Part shown: positions 19,768-30,540 of the stretch, piece after piece
How the letters are laid out: each line of letters begins with the position of its first letter
Numbering within the stretch: position 1 is the stretch's first letter
NCBI GenBank assembly: GCA_963664875.1
Contig: OY761611.1
Location: 3,104,001-3,168,000 of the forward strand
DNA length: 64,000 nt
DNA from: Candidatus Kapaibacterium sp.
Lineage (GTDB): Bacteria > Bacteroidota > Ignavibacteria > Kapaibacteriales > UBA2268
Direction: 5' to 3'
Program-made: the position numbers and the translations under genes
The notes under the pieces: model-generated
What the model was told of the DNA's origin: nothing
Database searches by the model: none
What the model saw: the letters and a program-made list of their open reading frames with translations, nothing else

Positions 19768-21117
19768 ATGCTGATGTTAAAAAAAGTTTTAATTGCTAAT
19801 CGCGGAGAAATTGCTCTTCGTGTCATTCGAGCATGTAAAGAACTTGGTATTAGCACTGTTGCAGTTTATTCTGAAGCTGATAAGAATTCTTTGCATGTAC
19901 GATTTGCTGACGAAGCAGTTTGTATTGGCCCTGCGGCAAGTCCCAAAAGCTATCTGAATACAAGAGCTATTCTTTCTGCAGCTGAAATTACTAATGCCGA
20001 TGCTATCCATCCTGGATACGGATTCCTTGCAGAAAATGATAAATTTGTTGATATGTGCAGTCAGCACGGATTCAAGTTTATTGGTCCATCTGCAGATGCT
20101 ATTCGCAAAATGGGCAATAAATCTGTAGCTAAAGACACAATGAAAGCTGCCGGAGTTCCTGTAGTGCCGGGAAGTGACGGTATAGTCAAAGACGCTAAAG
20201 AAGCAAGAACTGTCGCTGATGCAATCGGCTACCCTGTAATGCTAAAAGCAGTTGCCGGAGGTGGAGGCAAAGGTATGCGAGTGGTCAATTCTCCTGACCA
20301 ACTTGAAAATGCTTACCTGAATGCAAGCAACGAAGCAGCAACCTCTTTCAATAACCCTGACATATATATAGAAAAATTAGTCGAAGGATCGCGGCACATA
20401 GAGATTCAAATCATTGCTGACAGATTTGGTAATACCATCCATCTTAATGAAAGAGAATGTTCTACCCAGCGTCGCCATCAAAAACTTATCGAAGAAGCTC
20501 CTTCCCCTATATTAACTGCTGAATTGCGTCGAAAAATGGGTGAAATATCCGCTCAGGGAGCGAAAGCAGTGAATTATGAAGGGCCGGGAACTATAGAATA
20601 TCTCGTGGATAAAGACCTGAATTTTTACTTCATGGAAATGAATACAAGGATACAGGTAGAGCATCCGGTAACTGAAGAGTCAATGGATATTGATTTAATC
20701 AAAGAACAAATTTTGATAGCTGCCGGAGAAAAGTTATCTTTGAAAGAAGGCGAACCGCGTCAACATTCAATCGAATGTAGAATTAATGCTGAAGACCCTG
20801 AAAGAGACTTTATGCCGACTCCGGGCAAGATAGAATCTTTGCACTTCCCTGGAGGTAGAGGTATCAGAGTAGATTCGCATATTTACGCTGGCTATGTGGT
20901 GCCGCCCAATTACGACTCAATGCTTGCAAAGCTTATTACTTTTGCTCCGACAAGAGAGGAAGCTATTAGAAAAATGAGCCGTGCTTTGGACGAATTTATA
21001 ATAGAAGGTGTTAAAACTACAATACCTTTCCATAAAGCAATGATGAGGAATCCGGACTTTATAGCCGGAAACATAGATACAAAATATTTGGAAAGAAATG
21101 ATTGGAAGTCTTTCTAA
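19768..21117 (+). CDS. accC: Acetyl-CoA carboxylase biotin carboxylase
   Basis: [41 protein letters not shown]. Confidence 0.97.
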   Translation: MLMLKKVLIANRGEIALRVIRACKELGISTVAVYSEADKNSLHVRFADEAVCIGPAASPKSYLNTRAILSAAEITNADAIHPGYGFLAENDKFVDMCSQHGFKFIGPSADAIRKMGNKSVAKDTMKAAGVPVVPGSDGIVKDAKEARTVADAIGYPVMLKAVAGGGGKGMRVVNSPDQLENAYLNASNEAATSFNNPDIYIEKLVEGSRHIEIQIIADRFGNTIHLNERECSTQRRHQKLIEEAPSPILTAELRRKMGEISAQGAKAVNYEGPGTIEYLVDKDLNFYFMEMNTRIQVEHPVTEESMDIDLIKEQILIAAGEKLSLKEGEPRQHSIECRINAEDPERDFMPTPGKIESLHFPGGRGIRVDSHIYAGYVVPPNYDSMLAKLITFAPTREEAIRKMSRALDEFIIEGVKTTIPFHKAMMRNPDFIAGNIDTKYLERNDWKSF

Positions 21118-21154
21118 TTTACTTAATTTAATAACCTATTTCGGAGTATAAAAA

Positions 21155-21532
21155 ATGAACTTTCCGGAAAACCTAAAGTACACAAAAGATCACGAATGGA
21201 TCAAAGTAGATGGTGATGTTGCTTATATCGGCATTACTGAACACGCTGCCGGCGAACTTGGCGACGTAGTTTATGTTGACATTCCTGATGCAGAATTAGA
21301 ATTTGCAGCAGAAGAATCTTTTGGTACTATCGAAGCTGTAAAAACAGTAGCAGATATGTTTGCTCCTGTTGCAGGCAAAATTATTGAAGTTAACGAAGCA
21401 TTGGAAGGTGCTCCTGAAACTGTAAATAAAGATCCTTATGGTGACGGTTGGATTATCAAAATCGAAATCAAAGATGCTGCTGAATTGGATAACTTGATGG
21501 ATGCTGCTGCTTATGCAGAATTAATCGGCTAA
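21155..21532 (+). CDS. gcvH: Glycine cleavage system H protein
   Basis: KYTKDHEW, GELGDVVYV, IEAVKTV lipoyl-Lys motif, DPYGDGW. Confidence 0.97.
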   Translation: MNFPENLKYTKDHEWIKVDGDVAYIGITEHAAGELGDVVYVDIPDAELEFAAEESFGTIEAVKTVADMFAPVAGKIIEVNEALEGAPETVNKDPYGDGWIIKIEIKDAAELDNLMDAAAYAELIG

Positions 21533-21555
21533 TTTCTAAAGCAAGTTTTTATGTG

Positions 21556-21592
21556 AAAGCTCATCTGATTTGAATAATTGGATGAGCTTTTT
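21556..21592 (+). terminator. Rho-independent terminator
   Basis: AAAGCTCATC...GATGAGCTTTTT. Confidence 0.75.
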
Positions 21593-21755
21593 ACTTATCA
21601 AGTCCCTAAGAACATATTATCTCAAAACCAAGATACCTGTTTGCTTTTGCAAACAACCCAATATTTGTAACTAAATGTCTAAAATACTTGTTATTCACTT
21701 GTTTCCAGTGAAGAATACAGTTCGTAATTGTATGTAAATCCTACATGGTGCATTG

Positions 21756-21790
21756 TTGAACAAGGGGGTTGAACCCCTTGCCATTAAACA
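21756..21790. repeat. REP-like palindrome (empty form of the 40.6/45.3 kb element)
   Basis: TTGAACAAGGGGGTTGAACCCCTTGCCATTAAACA; flanks resemble those of 40578-40680 and 45324-45426. Confidence 0.6.
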
Positions 21791-21904
21791 TACTAGAAAA
21801 TAAACAGCTTTATTCAGAAATTATAAAATAAAAAAAACCACCCTTGTCAGAGTGGTCTTGTGCTGCTTTTAGGTTGTATCATATTGTTATACATAATCTT
21901 AAAA

Positions 21905-22711
21905 CTAATTGCTTAACTTAAATTCGATAGGTATGCTCATCCAGCAGGAACAAGGTTTACCGTTTTGAATCGCAGGTGTGTAGGTCGATTTTTTGACGGC
22001 ACTTATTGCTGCTTCGTTAAGTAGTAAGTTGTCTGAATGTTCTACGATAAGTTTTGTTATTGTTCCGTTAGGTCCAATTAGTACGTTGAGTAATACAGTT
22101 CCTTCAATTCCGGCTTGTTTTGCAATGCGCGGATAAATTATATTTCTGCTGATTTCGCTTATGTCCACATTTGGCGATTCTGTAACTTCCCATTGCTCAA
22201 AAATTTCTTCTTGTGGAGCAGGAATATTTCGTGTGTCAATTTCAAACTCATCTTCTTCACCAAACACAACATCAATCAGTCCTTCCAAATCACTAATATC
22301 TGTGTCTCCTTTTTCATGACTTGAATATCCCATGTTTTCAACTGTTGAAATATCATCTGTCATAATAGCTTCTGCGTCATTGACTACTCCTACAAATTTA
22401 CCGGCGACAGTTTTTGTTCCTGAAATTACAGTTGTAAAAACTGAAATAGGAATTTTAACCATTGTTTTATTAGTTAATTCATCCAATCCAAAATCCTTAA
22501 GTACTGTAGGTTCAGTCCCTTTAGGTGTTGTTGTGTCAGGAGCGTTCGGTGTTGTTCTGAAACTTGCTATTATAAATCCCAAAACGATAGCTGAAGTAAA
22601 TAGCCCAATAGTAAGACCAAAAGAAGTCAGAGTAGCACGCTTCATATAAGATTTAATTTCCTGAGCTCCATAGCGAGTTTGAGCTGCGATGTTTTTCATT
22701 TGCTTTTTCAT
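21905..22711 (-). CDS. tonB: Energy transducer TonB
   Basis: YGAQEIK N-terminal motif, single TM helix, C-terminal IIYPRIAKQAGIEGTV...AV...YTPAIQNGKP...IPIEFKL. Confidence 0.9.
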   Translation of the reverse strand: MKKQMKNIAAQTRYGAQEIKSYMKRATLTSFGLTIGLFTSAIVLGFIIASFRTTPNAPDTTTPKGTEPTVLKDFGLDELTNKTMVKIPISVFTTVISGTKTVAGKFVGVVNDAEAIMTDDISTVENMGYSSHEKGDTDISDLEGLIDVVFGEEDEFEIDTRNIPAPQEEIFEQWEVTESPNVDISEISRNIIYPRIAKQAGIEGTVLLNVLIGPNGTITKLIVEHSDNLLLNEAAISAVKKSTYTPAIQNGKPCSCWMSIPIEFKLSN

Positions 22712-22763
22712 AACTATCTCTCCTTTTAGAGGCGTATAGAGTTTAATATTCCCTTTAAAAGGA

Positions 22764-22791
22764 AGACACAGCTAAGCAAAAAAAGGTTACA
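22764..22791 (-). promoter_or_regulatory. Candidate ECF-sigma promoter upstream of tonB
   Basis: TGTAACC-N16-TGTCT on the minus strand, resembling ECF -35 AAC / -10 GTC geometry. Confidence 0.5.
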
Positions 22792-23042
22792 CACCAATTA
22801 CAAATATTTTTAGATGTTTTGAAAAAATATAAAACAATATTCATATAGATATTACTAAGTATCTTGAATATAAAGAGTTTCTTTGTGTTTGTCGGATATT
22901 GAAATATTTTACTTGCTGACCAAAAAATCTATCTAAGGTTTCTTTACTATTGTTTTTGTAAATTTGTAAGTGATAAAAGTTGCTTTTAGGATTAAAGATA
23001 AGCACTTTCGCAACTATCTGTACCAAGAAATAAACTGATGTA

Positions 23043-23651
23043 ATGACATATATAAAATACTTATTTCTGCTTTTGTTTCTTTGTGTGCCTTCAATAAAGG
23101 CAAACGAACTGCAGTCATATAACATAAAAGACGCAAGAGTCCTTTATATGAAAGCAACTAAAGACGAAGAATTGCTAGATTCGGCTATTTCTTATTTTAA
23201 AAAACTGGGCAAGTCTGACTCAGCTCTCGAAGGAGTGTCTGTAACATATATTGGCTCTCTGACTATGTGCAGAGCCGTCTTTACAGGATGGCCTCACAAA
23301 AAAATTGAGTGGGTCAATACCGCCCTACCTATAATCGACAAAGGAATTAGCCAAGACACTACGAACATAGAATCTCTTTTTATCTATGGTTCTTCGTGCT
23401 ACTTTTTACCGTTTCTTTGGGATAGAAGCGACGGCGCAAAAGTCAGACTACTTAAAGTAGTTGAGCTAATAAACAAAGGTGAAGCCGATAAGCACGGTTA
23501 CGAGTGGGTGTATCAGGCAATTAAATTTATTTCTGTCAAGATTGATCTTAGAGACGAGGAGAGAAAATTAGTCGATGCCCTTGTCGAGAAATATACTAAA
23601 TTGGTATCTGCCAAAATTATAAAACAAACGGACGAATTTTTAGCACCATGA
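23043..23651 (+). CDS. Secreted hypothetical helical (TPR-like) protein
   Basis: Signal peptide; overlaps the start of the next gene (ATGA). Confidence 0.7.
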   Translation: MTYIKYLFLLLFLCVPSIKANELQSYNIKDARVLYMKATKDEELLDSAISYFKKLGKSDSALEGVSVTYIGSLTMCRAVFTGWPHKKIEWVNTALPIIDKGISQDTTNIESLFIYGSSCYFLPFLWDRSDGAKVRLLKVVELINKGEADKHGYEWVYQAIKFISVKIDLRDEERKLVDALVEKYTKLVSAKIIKQTDEFLAP

Positions 23652-25528
23652 CAATATTTTCTGTAAACAATATAAGCAAAACTTACGGCGAAAGACTACT
23701 TTTTGATAATGTCGCTTTCGGTATGGAAGAAGGCGAAAAGATCGGCATTATCGGAAAAAACGGCATCGGAAAAACTACTTTAATGCGAATTATTGCAGGC
23801 TTGGAAGATCAGGATAGTGGCGATGTTATATTCAATAATGAAACTACATTCGAATATCTCGATCAGTTGCCTGAATTTGAATCAGAAGAAACGGTCTTAG
23901 AAGCGGTTCTTTCGTCTGATCCCTATTTATATGAAATATCTGAAGAATATAAAGATTTATGCGACAGCAATAGACCTGAAGATGCAAAACGCTTAGAAGA
24001 AATCACACATATTTTAGACGAAAAGAACGCATGGAACTACGAAGTTGAAGCTATGAAAGTGCTCACAGAATTGGGCATGACAGAGCTAAATAAACAGGTA
24101 AAGCATCTTTCCGGCGGTCTGAAAAAGCGTGTTGCATTAGCAAAAGCTCTTCTATCAAAACCAAAACTTTTGATTTTAGATGAACCTACCAACCACCTTG
24201 ATGCAGACTCCGTACAGTGGCTTCAGGATAGGCTTTCAGCTTCAAATATTTCATTGCTTTTCGTAACCCATGATAGGTATTTCCTTGATGCAGTTTCTAC
24301 TAGAATAATTGAAATCAGCGAGCAAAGAATATTTAATTATCCGGGCAATTACGAGAAGTATCTTGAGCAAAAAGAAGTATATCTTCAAACCAAAGAAGCT
24401 ACTTTAGAACATAATCTTTCTCGATTGCGTACTGAACTTATTTGGTTACAAAGAGGTGCAAGAGCCCGCCGCTCTAAGCAGAAATCTAAGATTGACTGGA
24501 TTGACGACTTGAAAAATCAATCCATCAGAGTTAAAGAAAAGAAAATTGAAATCGAACTGGGTAATTCTTTCCTTAGCAGTCGTGTAATCGATGCTCAGGA
24601 TATTACAAAAACTCTCGGCAATCGCCTCCTATTCAATAAGTTTACATATATAGCAAAACCAAAAGACAGAATTGGAATTATTGGTCCAAACGGTTCGGGT
24701 AAATCTACATTACTTAAAACGCTTTGTGGCAAAATGTACCCTGATCAAGGGAATGTACTTATAGGTGCTTCTACTAAATTTGGATATTTCGAGCAGGAAA
24801 TTGAAAGTTTAAAACCAACTCAAACAGTTCTTGGGACTATCCGAGAAGTTGCCGAATATATAAACGTTGGTGTAGGTAGAGACAGATACCTTACTTGCAG
24901 AGATTTATTGGATAAATTCCTCTTTCCACGCAAGCAGCAGGGAGCCTTAATAGAAACTCTTTCCGGTGGCGAAAAGCGTCGTCTTGCTTTGGTTAGAGTG
25001 CTTATGGCTAACCCGAACGTTCTTTTATTTGATGAGCCGACAAATGATTTCGACTTAGAAACTCTCACCGCTCTGGAAGAATATTTGGATAATTTCCTTG
25101 GAGTGCTGATTATTGTATCGCACGACCGTGCATTTTTGGATAGAACTGTTGATTTTATTTATGCTTTTGACGGAAAAGGAAATATCAAACAATATCCGGG
25201 TAACTACTCAGTATATCTCGAGAAAAAAGAAGAGGAAGCCCGAAAAGCAAAAGCTGCAAAGAAAGATGAGCCTAAGGACAAAAATGCCAATAAGCCAAAA
25301 AACACGTCCAAAAAACTTCCATACATGGAACAAAGAGAATTCGATCAATTAGAAAAAGAAATACCTGAATTGGAAGTAAAAAAAGCAGAGTTAGAAGAAT
25401 TGCTCGCATCAGGAACTTTGACCGACTACAAAGAATTGGAAGACAAAGCCGCTGAGCTAAAAGTTCTTGAAGATAAAGTTGATGAGGCTACGATGCGTTG
25501 GTTAGAGTTATCCGAAAAGCAGGAGTAG
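23648..25528 (+). CDS. ABC-F family ATPase (Uup-like)
   Basis: Two NBDs (GKNGIGKTT/LSGG/DEPTNHLD; GPNGSGKST/LSGGEKRR/DEPTN), no TM segments, C-terminal coiled coil ending RWLELSE. Confidence 0.93.
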   Translation: MTIFSVNNISKTYGERLLFDNVAFGMEEGEKIGIIGKNGIGKTTLMRIIAGLEDQDSGDVIFNNETTFEYLDQLPEFESEETVLEAVLSSDPYLYEISEEYKDLCDSNRPEDAKRLEEITHILDEKNAWNYEVEAMKVLTELGMTELNKQVKHLSGGLKKRVALAKALLSKPKLLILDEPTNHLDADSVQWLQDRLSASNISLLFVTHDRYFLDAVSTRIIEISEQRIFNYPGNYEKYLEQKEVYLQTKEATLEHNLSRLRTELIWLQRGARARRSKQKSKIDWIDDLKNQSIRVKEKKIEIELGNSFLSSRVIDAQDITKTLGNRLLFNKFTYIAKPKDRIGIIGPNGSGKSTLLKTLCGKMYPDQGNVLIGASTKFGYFEQEIESLKPTQTVLGTIREVAEYINVGVGRDRYLTCRDLLDKFLFPRKQQGALIETLSGGEKRRLALVRVLMANPNVLLFDEPTNDFDLETLTALEEYLDNFLGVLIIVSHDRAFLDRTVDFIYAFDGKGNIKQYPGNYSVYLEKKEEEARKAKAAKKDEPKDKNANKPKNTSKKLPYMEQREFDQLEKEIPELEVKKAELEELLASGTLTDYKELEDKAAELKVLEDKVDEATMRWLELSEKQE

Positions 25529-25538
25529 GAGTGTAAAT

Positions 25539-26699
25539 TTGAAGTATCTTTTAATTATACTGTTTTCTCTATCTCTTTATAATTGTATTGGGAGAGATAA
25601 GTGGGCATTCCTTGACATAAATGATTCATTTAAATATGTTACAATGAAGGATTCAGCAAAAGTATTTATTTTTAATTATAATATGTCTTGGTTTAATGCT
25701 AAGCAGGGGCTTATAACATATCAAAAAAAATATTCAGAAAGAGTAGATACAGGCAATACTTTCTATTTTCGAGATATTAAAGCAACAACAAATTACTCTC
25801 TTCTAACTTCTGATGGTGGGAAAACATGGAATAATATCTTCATAAGTGAAGGTAAATATCTTGGAGCTTTTAAAAAAAGTGAAGAACTTTATTATGCTTT
25901 AAAATTTGAAGATGGGGAAAAAAGTTTTGTCAAAATTTTCAAATTTAATGCGAGTGATTTGAAATGGCATCTATTCGAAAAAATAGAAAACTTTGATACG
26001 GGTTACTTTGTTGGAGTTTATAATCGTAAAGCTATTTTTAGGCATCAGCCTTATTCTGAAATAACTAAACATAGTTATTTTATGCAAATTGTGGATTTAA
26101 ATACGAAAATTATTGAAGAAATAGATATCGACATTCCAGGTTACACTGGTTTGTTTGAACATTATGTGTTTTTTCATAAAAGTAAAAATATGAAGTATTA
26201 TGAGCATGATACAACTCAGTTCTGTATAATAGATCTTGATAACTCTAATATAATGACTAGATTAGAAGTCTCTTCTAAATTATTTTTCCAAAAATATGTA
26301 AGACATAATGGTGCATATTACATTCTGGCAACTCTTAAATCAGAAGATTTAGAGAATCGTTCATTAAAACTTTATAAGATTCAAGAGGATAAATTTGAAT
26401 TTGTAAGAGACTTTGATGAAGGATTTGGTTCTTACGCAAAGTTTTTTATGTCAAGCGGTTCCATTCTTTCTATGGTAGTCAGTAACCCAACATTTTTGGG
26501 AGGTTCACTGAAGCTTTATCATAGTAATGATGACGGCAAGACATGGAAAGAAGACCCATTGAGTATGAGTATGGGTTTATCTTACTATGATTCATATGAG
26601 GCAGACGGTAAATTGTATCAGTGGTTTGATGCCCCTAGAGGTAAAATTCAGATACCCAAGTGGCAATATAATGAAATATATAAGAATATCAGAGACTGA
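25539..26699 (+). CDS. Hypothetical secreted/lipoprotein with BNR/Asp-box motifs
   Basis: TSDGGKTW and SNDDGKTW Asp-boxes; N-terminal signal ending LYNC. Confidence 0.7.
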   Translation: MKYLLIILFSLSLYNCIGRDKWAFLDINDSFKYVTMKDSAKVFIFNYNMSWFNAKQGLITYQKKYSERVDTGNTFYFRDIKATTNYSLLTSDGGKTWNNIFISEGKYLGAFKKSEELYYALKFEDGEKSFVKIFKFNASDLKWHLFEKIENFDTGYFVGVYNRKAIFRHQPYSEITKHSYFMQIVDLNTKIIEEIDIDIPGYTGLFEHYVFFHKSKNMKYYEHDTTQFCIIDLDNSNIMTRLEVSSKLFFQKYVRHNGAYYILATLKSEDLENRSLKLYKIQEDKFEFVRDFDEGFGSYAKFFMSSGSILSMVVSNPTFLGGSLKLYHSNDDGKTWKEDPLSMSMGLSYYDSYEADGKLYQWFDAPRGKIQIPKWQYNEIYKNIRD

Positions 26700-26707
26700 T
26701 TTATAGT

Positions 26708-27967
26708 ATGCTTTTTATCTATAACTACATATTTTTGCCGTTAGTGCTGATTTTCAAACCTTTTCTTAAGCTTCTCCTGCCTAAGTTCGGGGAAAGAGAA
26801 AATGCTGTATCAGAAACTTTGAAGTCGCTTGATAAAATCGATAAATCTAAGCAGACTTTATGGTTTCATGCTGCCTCTATGGGCGAATTTGAGCAGGCAA
26901 AACCAGTTATAGAAATGTTAAAGCAGAAAAGAAATGATATCAATATTGTTTGCTCTCTTTTCTCTCCATCAGGCTATAATACTCAAAAAAACTATGCTTT
27001 TGCAGATGCTGTTTTTTATCTTCCTCTCGATACCAAAGGCAATGTAAAGCGTATATTAGACAAGATAAATCCTCAAGCTCTCATCTTAGTCCGCTACGAA
27101 ATATGGCTAAATCTGCTTACTCAAACGAAAAACAGAAATATTCCATTATTCCTCATTGATGCAACTTTTCCTGCAGGTGCGCTTGCTAATATTAAATCTT
27201 TTATCTCTACTGCTTTCAGTAAGTTTGATAAAATTTATGCTGTGAATCAGGATGAAACTGACAAATTTATGGCAGCCGGAATATCTCAAGTGGAAACACT
27301 TGCAGATACTCGATTAGACAGGATTGCAGGTAAAGTTAAAGAAGCAAGGAAGTCTCCACTTCTTGATAAATCTATTTTTGGGGAGCGAAAAGTATTAGTT
27401 GCCGGCTCAACTTGGCAGCCGGACGAGAAAATAATAGCTACTGCTTCAAATGAAATTGGAATAAATAAACTCAGTATAATATACGTACCACACGAACCAA
27501 CAACTGAACATATAAAAGAATTGCAAAACCTAGTGACGAACACAATTCTACTTTCTGAATTGGAATCTCTCACCCTCGAAGTACAGAAATCAGAACTTGT
27601 AACAAAGCATATCATCGTGGATAGTATCGGCAAACTTCTCGGTCTGTATGCCCTTGCTGATATAGCTTATATTGGTGGAGCTTTTGGAGTAGGTGTTCAT
27701 AGCGTAACGGAACCTGCCGGATATGCTGTCCCTCTAATCACAGGTAAAAATAATACAAACTCCCCCGATGCACCAAAATTAGAGCAAATCGGCGCTCTAA
27801 ATAGTGTAAATACAGCGGAGGAGCTTACTTCCCATCTCCAATTTCTTCTCACAAGCACTGAAGAATACAATAACATCTCCAAACTTTCGGGCGATTATGT
27901 AAATAATGCTTTAGGTTCGAGTAATGTAATTGTTCAAAAGATTTTGAGTAATATCAGCAACATCTAA
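26708..27967 (+). CDS. waaA: 3-deoxy-D-manno-octulosonic acid transferase
   Basis: WFHAASMGEFEQ, YLPLDT, VAGSTW, VPHEP, IAYIGGAF...HSVTEPA. Confidence 0.93.
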   Translation: MLFIYNYIFLPLVLIFKPFLKLLLPKFGERENAVSETLKSLDKIDKSKQTLWFHAASMGEFEQAKPVIEMLKQKRNDINIVCSLFSPSGYNTQKNYAFADAVFYLPLDTKGNVKRILDKINPQALILVRYEIWLNLLTQTKNRNIPLFLIDATFPAGALANIKSFISTAFSKFDKIYAVNQDETDKFMAAGISQVETLADTRLDRIAGKVKEARKSPLLDKSIFGERKVLVAGSTWQPDEKIIATASNEIGINKLSIIYVPHEPTTEHIKELQNLVTNTILLSELESLTLEVQKSELVTKHIIVDSIGKLLGLYALADIAYIGGAFGVGVHSVTEPAGYAVPLITGKNNTNSPDAPKLEQIGALNSVNTAEELTSHLQFLLTSTEEYNNISKLSGDYVNNALGSSNVIVQKILSNISNI

Positions 27968-28094
27968 AACTTCTGTGCGTACTATCTAAATCTATCGCTG
28001 AATTGATATATATTTTCATGTGAAAATATATTTTACTATTTTGCTTCCTGTTTCACAAACTTAGACGCACCAATCGAAAATCCCAAGGTTTAAT

Positions 28095-28592
28095 ATGAAA
28101 AATAAGCTTACAGAAAAAGATATAGCTTCTTTAAAATATCAGGGTAGAATGAGCTATATCCTCTCAGGTATGTTCTTTGTCCTTGGCTCAGCTATTGGTT
28201 TTATGATTTATGAGATGGAGTTCAATTCAGAAGTTGCAGGTTTCAATTTCCAAATCGATTTGCTAATAGTAAGTGTATTCCTACTATTATCGTTTCTCAT
28301 GAGTCAGGCGTTGAACAGAAAATACTATGCTGATATCAGAAATAACGAGAAAATTGCTGAAATAAAATTGATTGAAAGGAAAAATGAAACCTCTGATGTC
28401 TCGCACAGAGAAACTATCAAAAAAACCGGAGCCGCTGATCGAATGAGAGATTATGCACGCTATGAGCTTATCATAAATAACACAAGATATAGAGTCGAGA
28501 AAGATTTTTTTGACAAGTGCAATGACGGAGATGAAGTGATTTTTTTCTATGCACCAGTGAGTAAACATCTTTTAAGTATAGAGAAGAAATAG
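28095..28592 (+). CDS. Hypothetical membrane protein (2 TM)
   Basis: Two hydrophobic segments followed by a soluble domain. Confidence 0.7.
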   Translation: MKNKLTEKDIASLKYQGRMSYILSGMFFVLGSAIGFMIYEMEFNSEVAGFNFQIDLLIVSVFLLLSFLMSQALNRKYYADIRNNEKIAEIKLIERKNETSDVSHRETIKKTGAADRMRDYARYELIINNTRYRVEKDFFDKCNDGDEVIFFYAPVSKHLLSIEKK

Positions 28593-28689
28593 GGGCGTAA
28601 ACAAAAAGGATGTTAATAAAGAAAACAATATTCTTTATTTTACATCCTTTCTAACTAATTGTAAATGTCATTTATTTGGGTGCTTAGAT

Positions 28690-29148
28690 CTACATCTGCA
28701 AGAGCTGGATATAGTTCCCGTTGTCATCATCAAAAATTGCTTCGTAGCCCCAATCCCTTTTTGTTGGTTCTAATTTGAATTTTACACCTTTTGCTTTTAG
28801 CTCTTCGTAGGTTTTTTGAATATCATCACACCCAAACGAAATTACCGGCATTCCCATTTCGTAAAGTTCAGCCTTAAATTTCCTTGCTATTTCGATTCCA
28901 CCCGGTTCAGTTGGCTCTAATAGTATATTAGTACCACAGGAATCAAGCGGGGATTTGACTATAGCTATATAGTTTTCAGGCGAAAACATGACCTCTTCAA
29001 ATCCAAGTATTTCAGTATAATATTTGAATGCTTTTGCAGGATCCGGTACTAAAATACTTACCATTGCAATTTTCATCGGGTATTTGTTCTTTGCCATTGT
29101 ACTTCCAAATAATGTGATTGAGAGAAGTAATATAAGAAAATATTTCAT
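28690..29148 (-). CDS. VOC/glyoxalase family protein with signal peptide
   Basis: SILVPDPAKAFKYYTEILGF...DIQKTYEELKAKGV...FDDDNGNYIQL. Confidence 0.88.
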   Translation of the reverse strand: MKYFLILLLSITLFGSTMAKNKYPMKIAMVSILVPDPAKAFKYYTEILGFEEVMFSPENYIAIVKSPLDSCGTNILLEPTEPGGIEIARKFKAELYEMGMPVISFGCDDIQKTYEELKAKGVKFKLEPTKRDWGYEAIFDDDNGNYIQLLQM

Positions 29149-29203
29149 GAGATGATTACCTATGTTTGGAAAATTAGAACTACGATTATAAGTAGTATTT
29201 ACT

Positions 29204-29824
29204 TTACTTTTTCATATCTACTATCTTATTTATTCTGGGTTGCAAAAACCAAATACCGATAGGTATTAACCAAATCAAAAAGAACTCGGCTATGTAATCT
29301 GTAAATTTCGCTTTTGCTTGTCGCTCCGCTGATACTATTACCTTAGCAGTGAAAGCTATGATGTAGAGGAAGCAAATACCATTAAATAGAATTATTCCAA
29401 AAAAACTAAAGAAATATGGAAGAATTTTCTCTACAGATTTAGAATCTTGAAGCATCTCTTCAATCATCATTTCAAACATATTCGTAACGAAATAGAGCAT
29501 TACAGCATAGGATATAAATATTACGAACGGTACAATCTTAAATATCAGATTATTTGGGGCAATTTCTTTTGGAATATATTTATAAAGTTTGAGACCAATA
29601 GCAGCAAACCATAGAAAAAGAACAAGCATAGATATAAAAGCAAACACGACTACGATATAAGTATCTGTATTAAATGTACTAGTTAAGTTGCTTGGCTCAG
29701 TGATAAGTGTTTGTTCGAGATTCGGAAACATGACACCAAACTGCCAAACCATTTGTAATATTGAAGGAATAGTTAAAGCAGTAAAAATCTGCCAGTGTTT
29801 AGCTCTTAAAATAATATCAAGCAT
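29204..29824 (-). CDS. Hypothetical membrane protein
   Basis: AKHWQIF...FFLIWLIPIGIWFLQPRINKI; multiple TM helices. Confidence 0.8.
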   Translation of the reverse strand: MLDIILRAKHWQIFTALTIPSILQMVWQFGVMFPNLEQTLITEPSNLTSTFNTDTYIVVVFAFISMLVLFLWFAAIGLKLYKYIPKEIAPNNLIFKIVPFVIFISYAVMLYFVTNMFEMMIEEMLQDSKSVEKILPYFFSFFGIILFNGICFLYIIAFTAKVIVSAERQAKAKFTDYIAEFFLIWLIPIGIWFLQPRINKIVDMKK

Positions 29825-29997
29825 GAAAGTGACCTCTATTAGGTATAAGATTAAGTAGATAGCTATTTTATAGAATATAAATTAAGACTTATAGAGTGAT
29901 TGTAAAAATATATTTTTACAGAAAAAAAACACTCCGGGGTGGGGAGTGGTCTTGTGCTGTGTTGTTGTATCGTATTGTTCGACAAAACTAAATATTA

Positions 29998-30540
29998 TCA
30001 ATTCAATATAAATTCGATAGGGATGCTCATCCAGCAGGAACATGGTTTACCGTTTTGGATATCAGGCGTGGAAGTTGAACTCTTTACTGCTCTGACTGCA
30101 GCTTGGTTTAAAAGCAAATTGTCAGAGTATTCTAGATTTAATTTCGAGATTGTACCATCAGATCCTATAAGTACATATACATAAACTGTACCTCCAATAC
30201 CGGTTTGTTTAGCAATTCTGGGATAAATAATATTTCTGCTAATTTCTGCTACATCAACGTCCGGTTGTTCTGATACTTCCCATGCTTCGTGTTCTACATC
30301 TGCAGTAGGTTACGGAATATCAATGTCGCCTACCTGAAATTTATCAGGGTCCCCAAAGATTATTTCTCTATCGTCTGGAAGAGCATTAACATCAGTTTCT
30401 CCTATTTTAGATGATACTTCACCCATATCTACAATAGTTGCAATTTTATCTGAAGCAAATCCCATATCCATATCAGGAACGGGTACAAAATTACCTGCTA
30501 TTTTTTGAGTACCTTGGATAAGTGTAGTTAAAATATCAAT
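29998..30540 (-). pseudogene. TonB pseudogene (5'-truncated, internal TAA), paralog of 21905-22711
   Basis: IDILTTLIQGTQKIAGNFV...DIP*PTAD...WEVSEQPDVDVAEISRNIIYPRIAKQTGIGGTV...QNGKPCSCWMSIPIEFILN*; TAA at 30310-30312. Confidence 0.88.

Noticed and set aside
18651-21532. efp-accB-accC-gcvH clustering as a novel EF-P modification system
   Set aside because: efp-accBC synteny is common in Bacteroidota-related and other genomes, and no modification enzyme is present
29939-30184. 81-aa plus-strand ORF
   Set aside because: Antisense shadow of the TonB pseudogene
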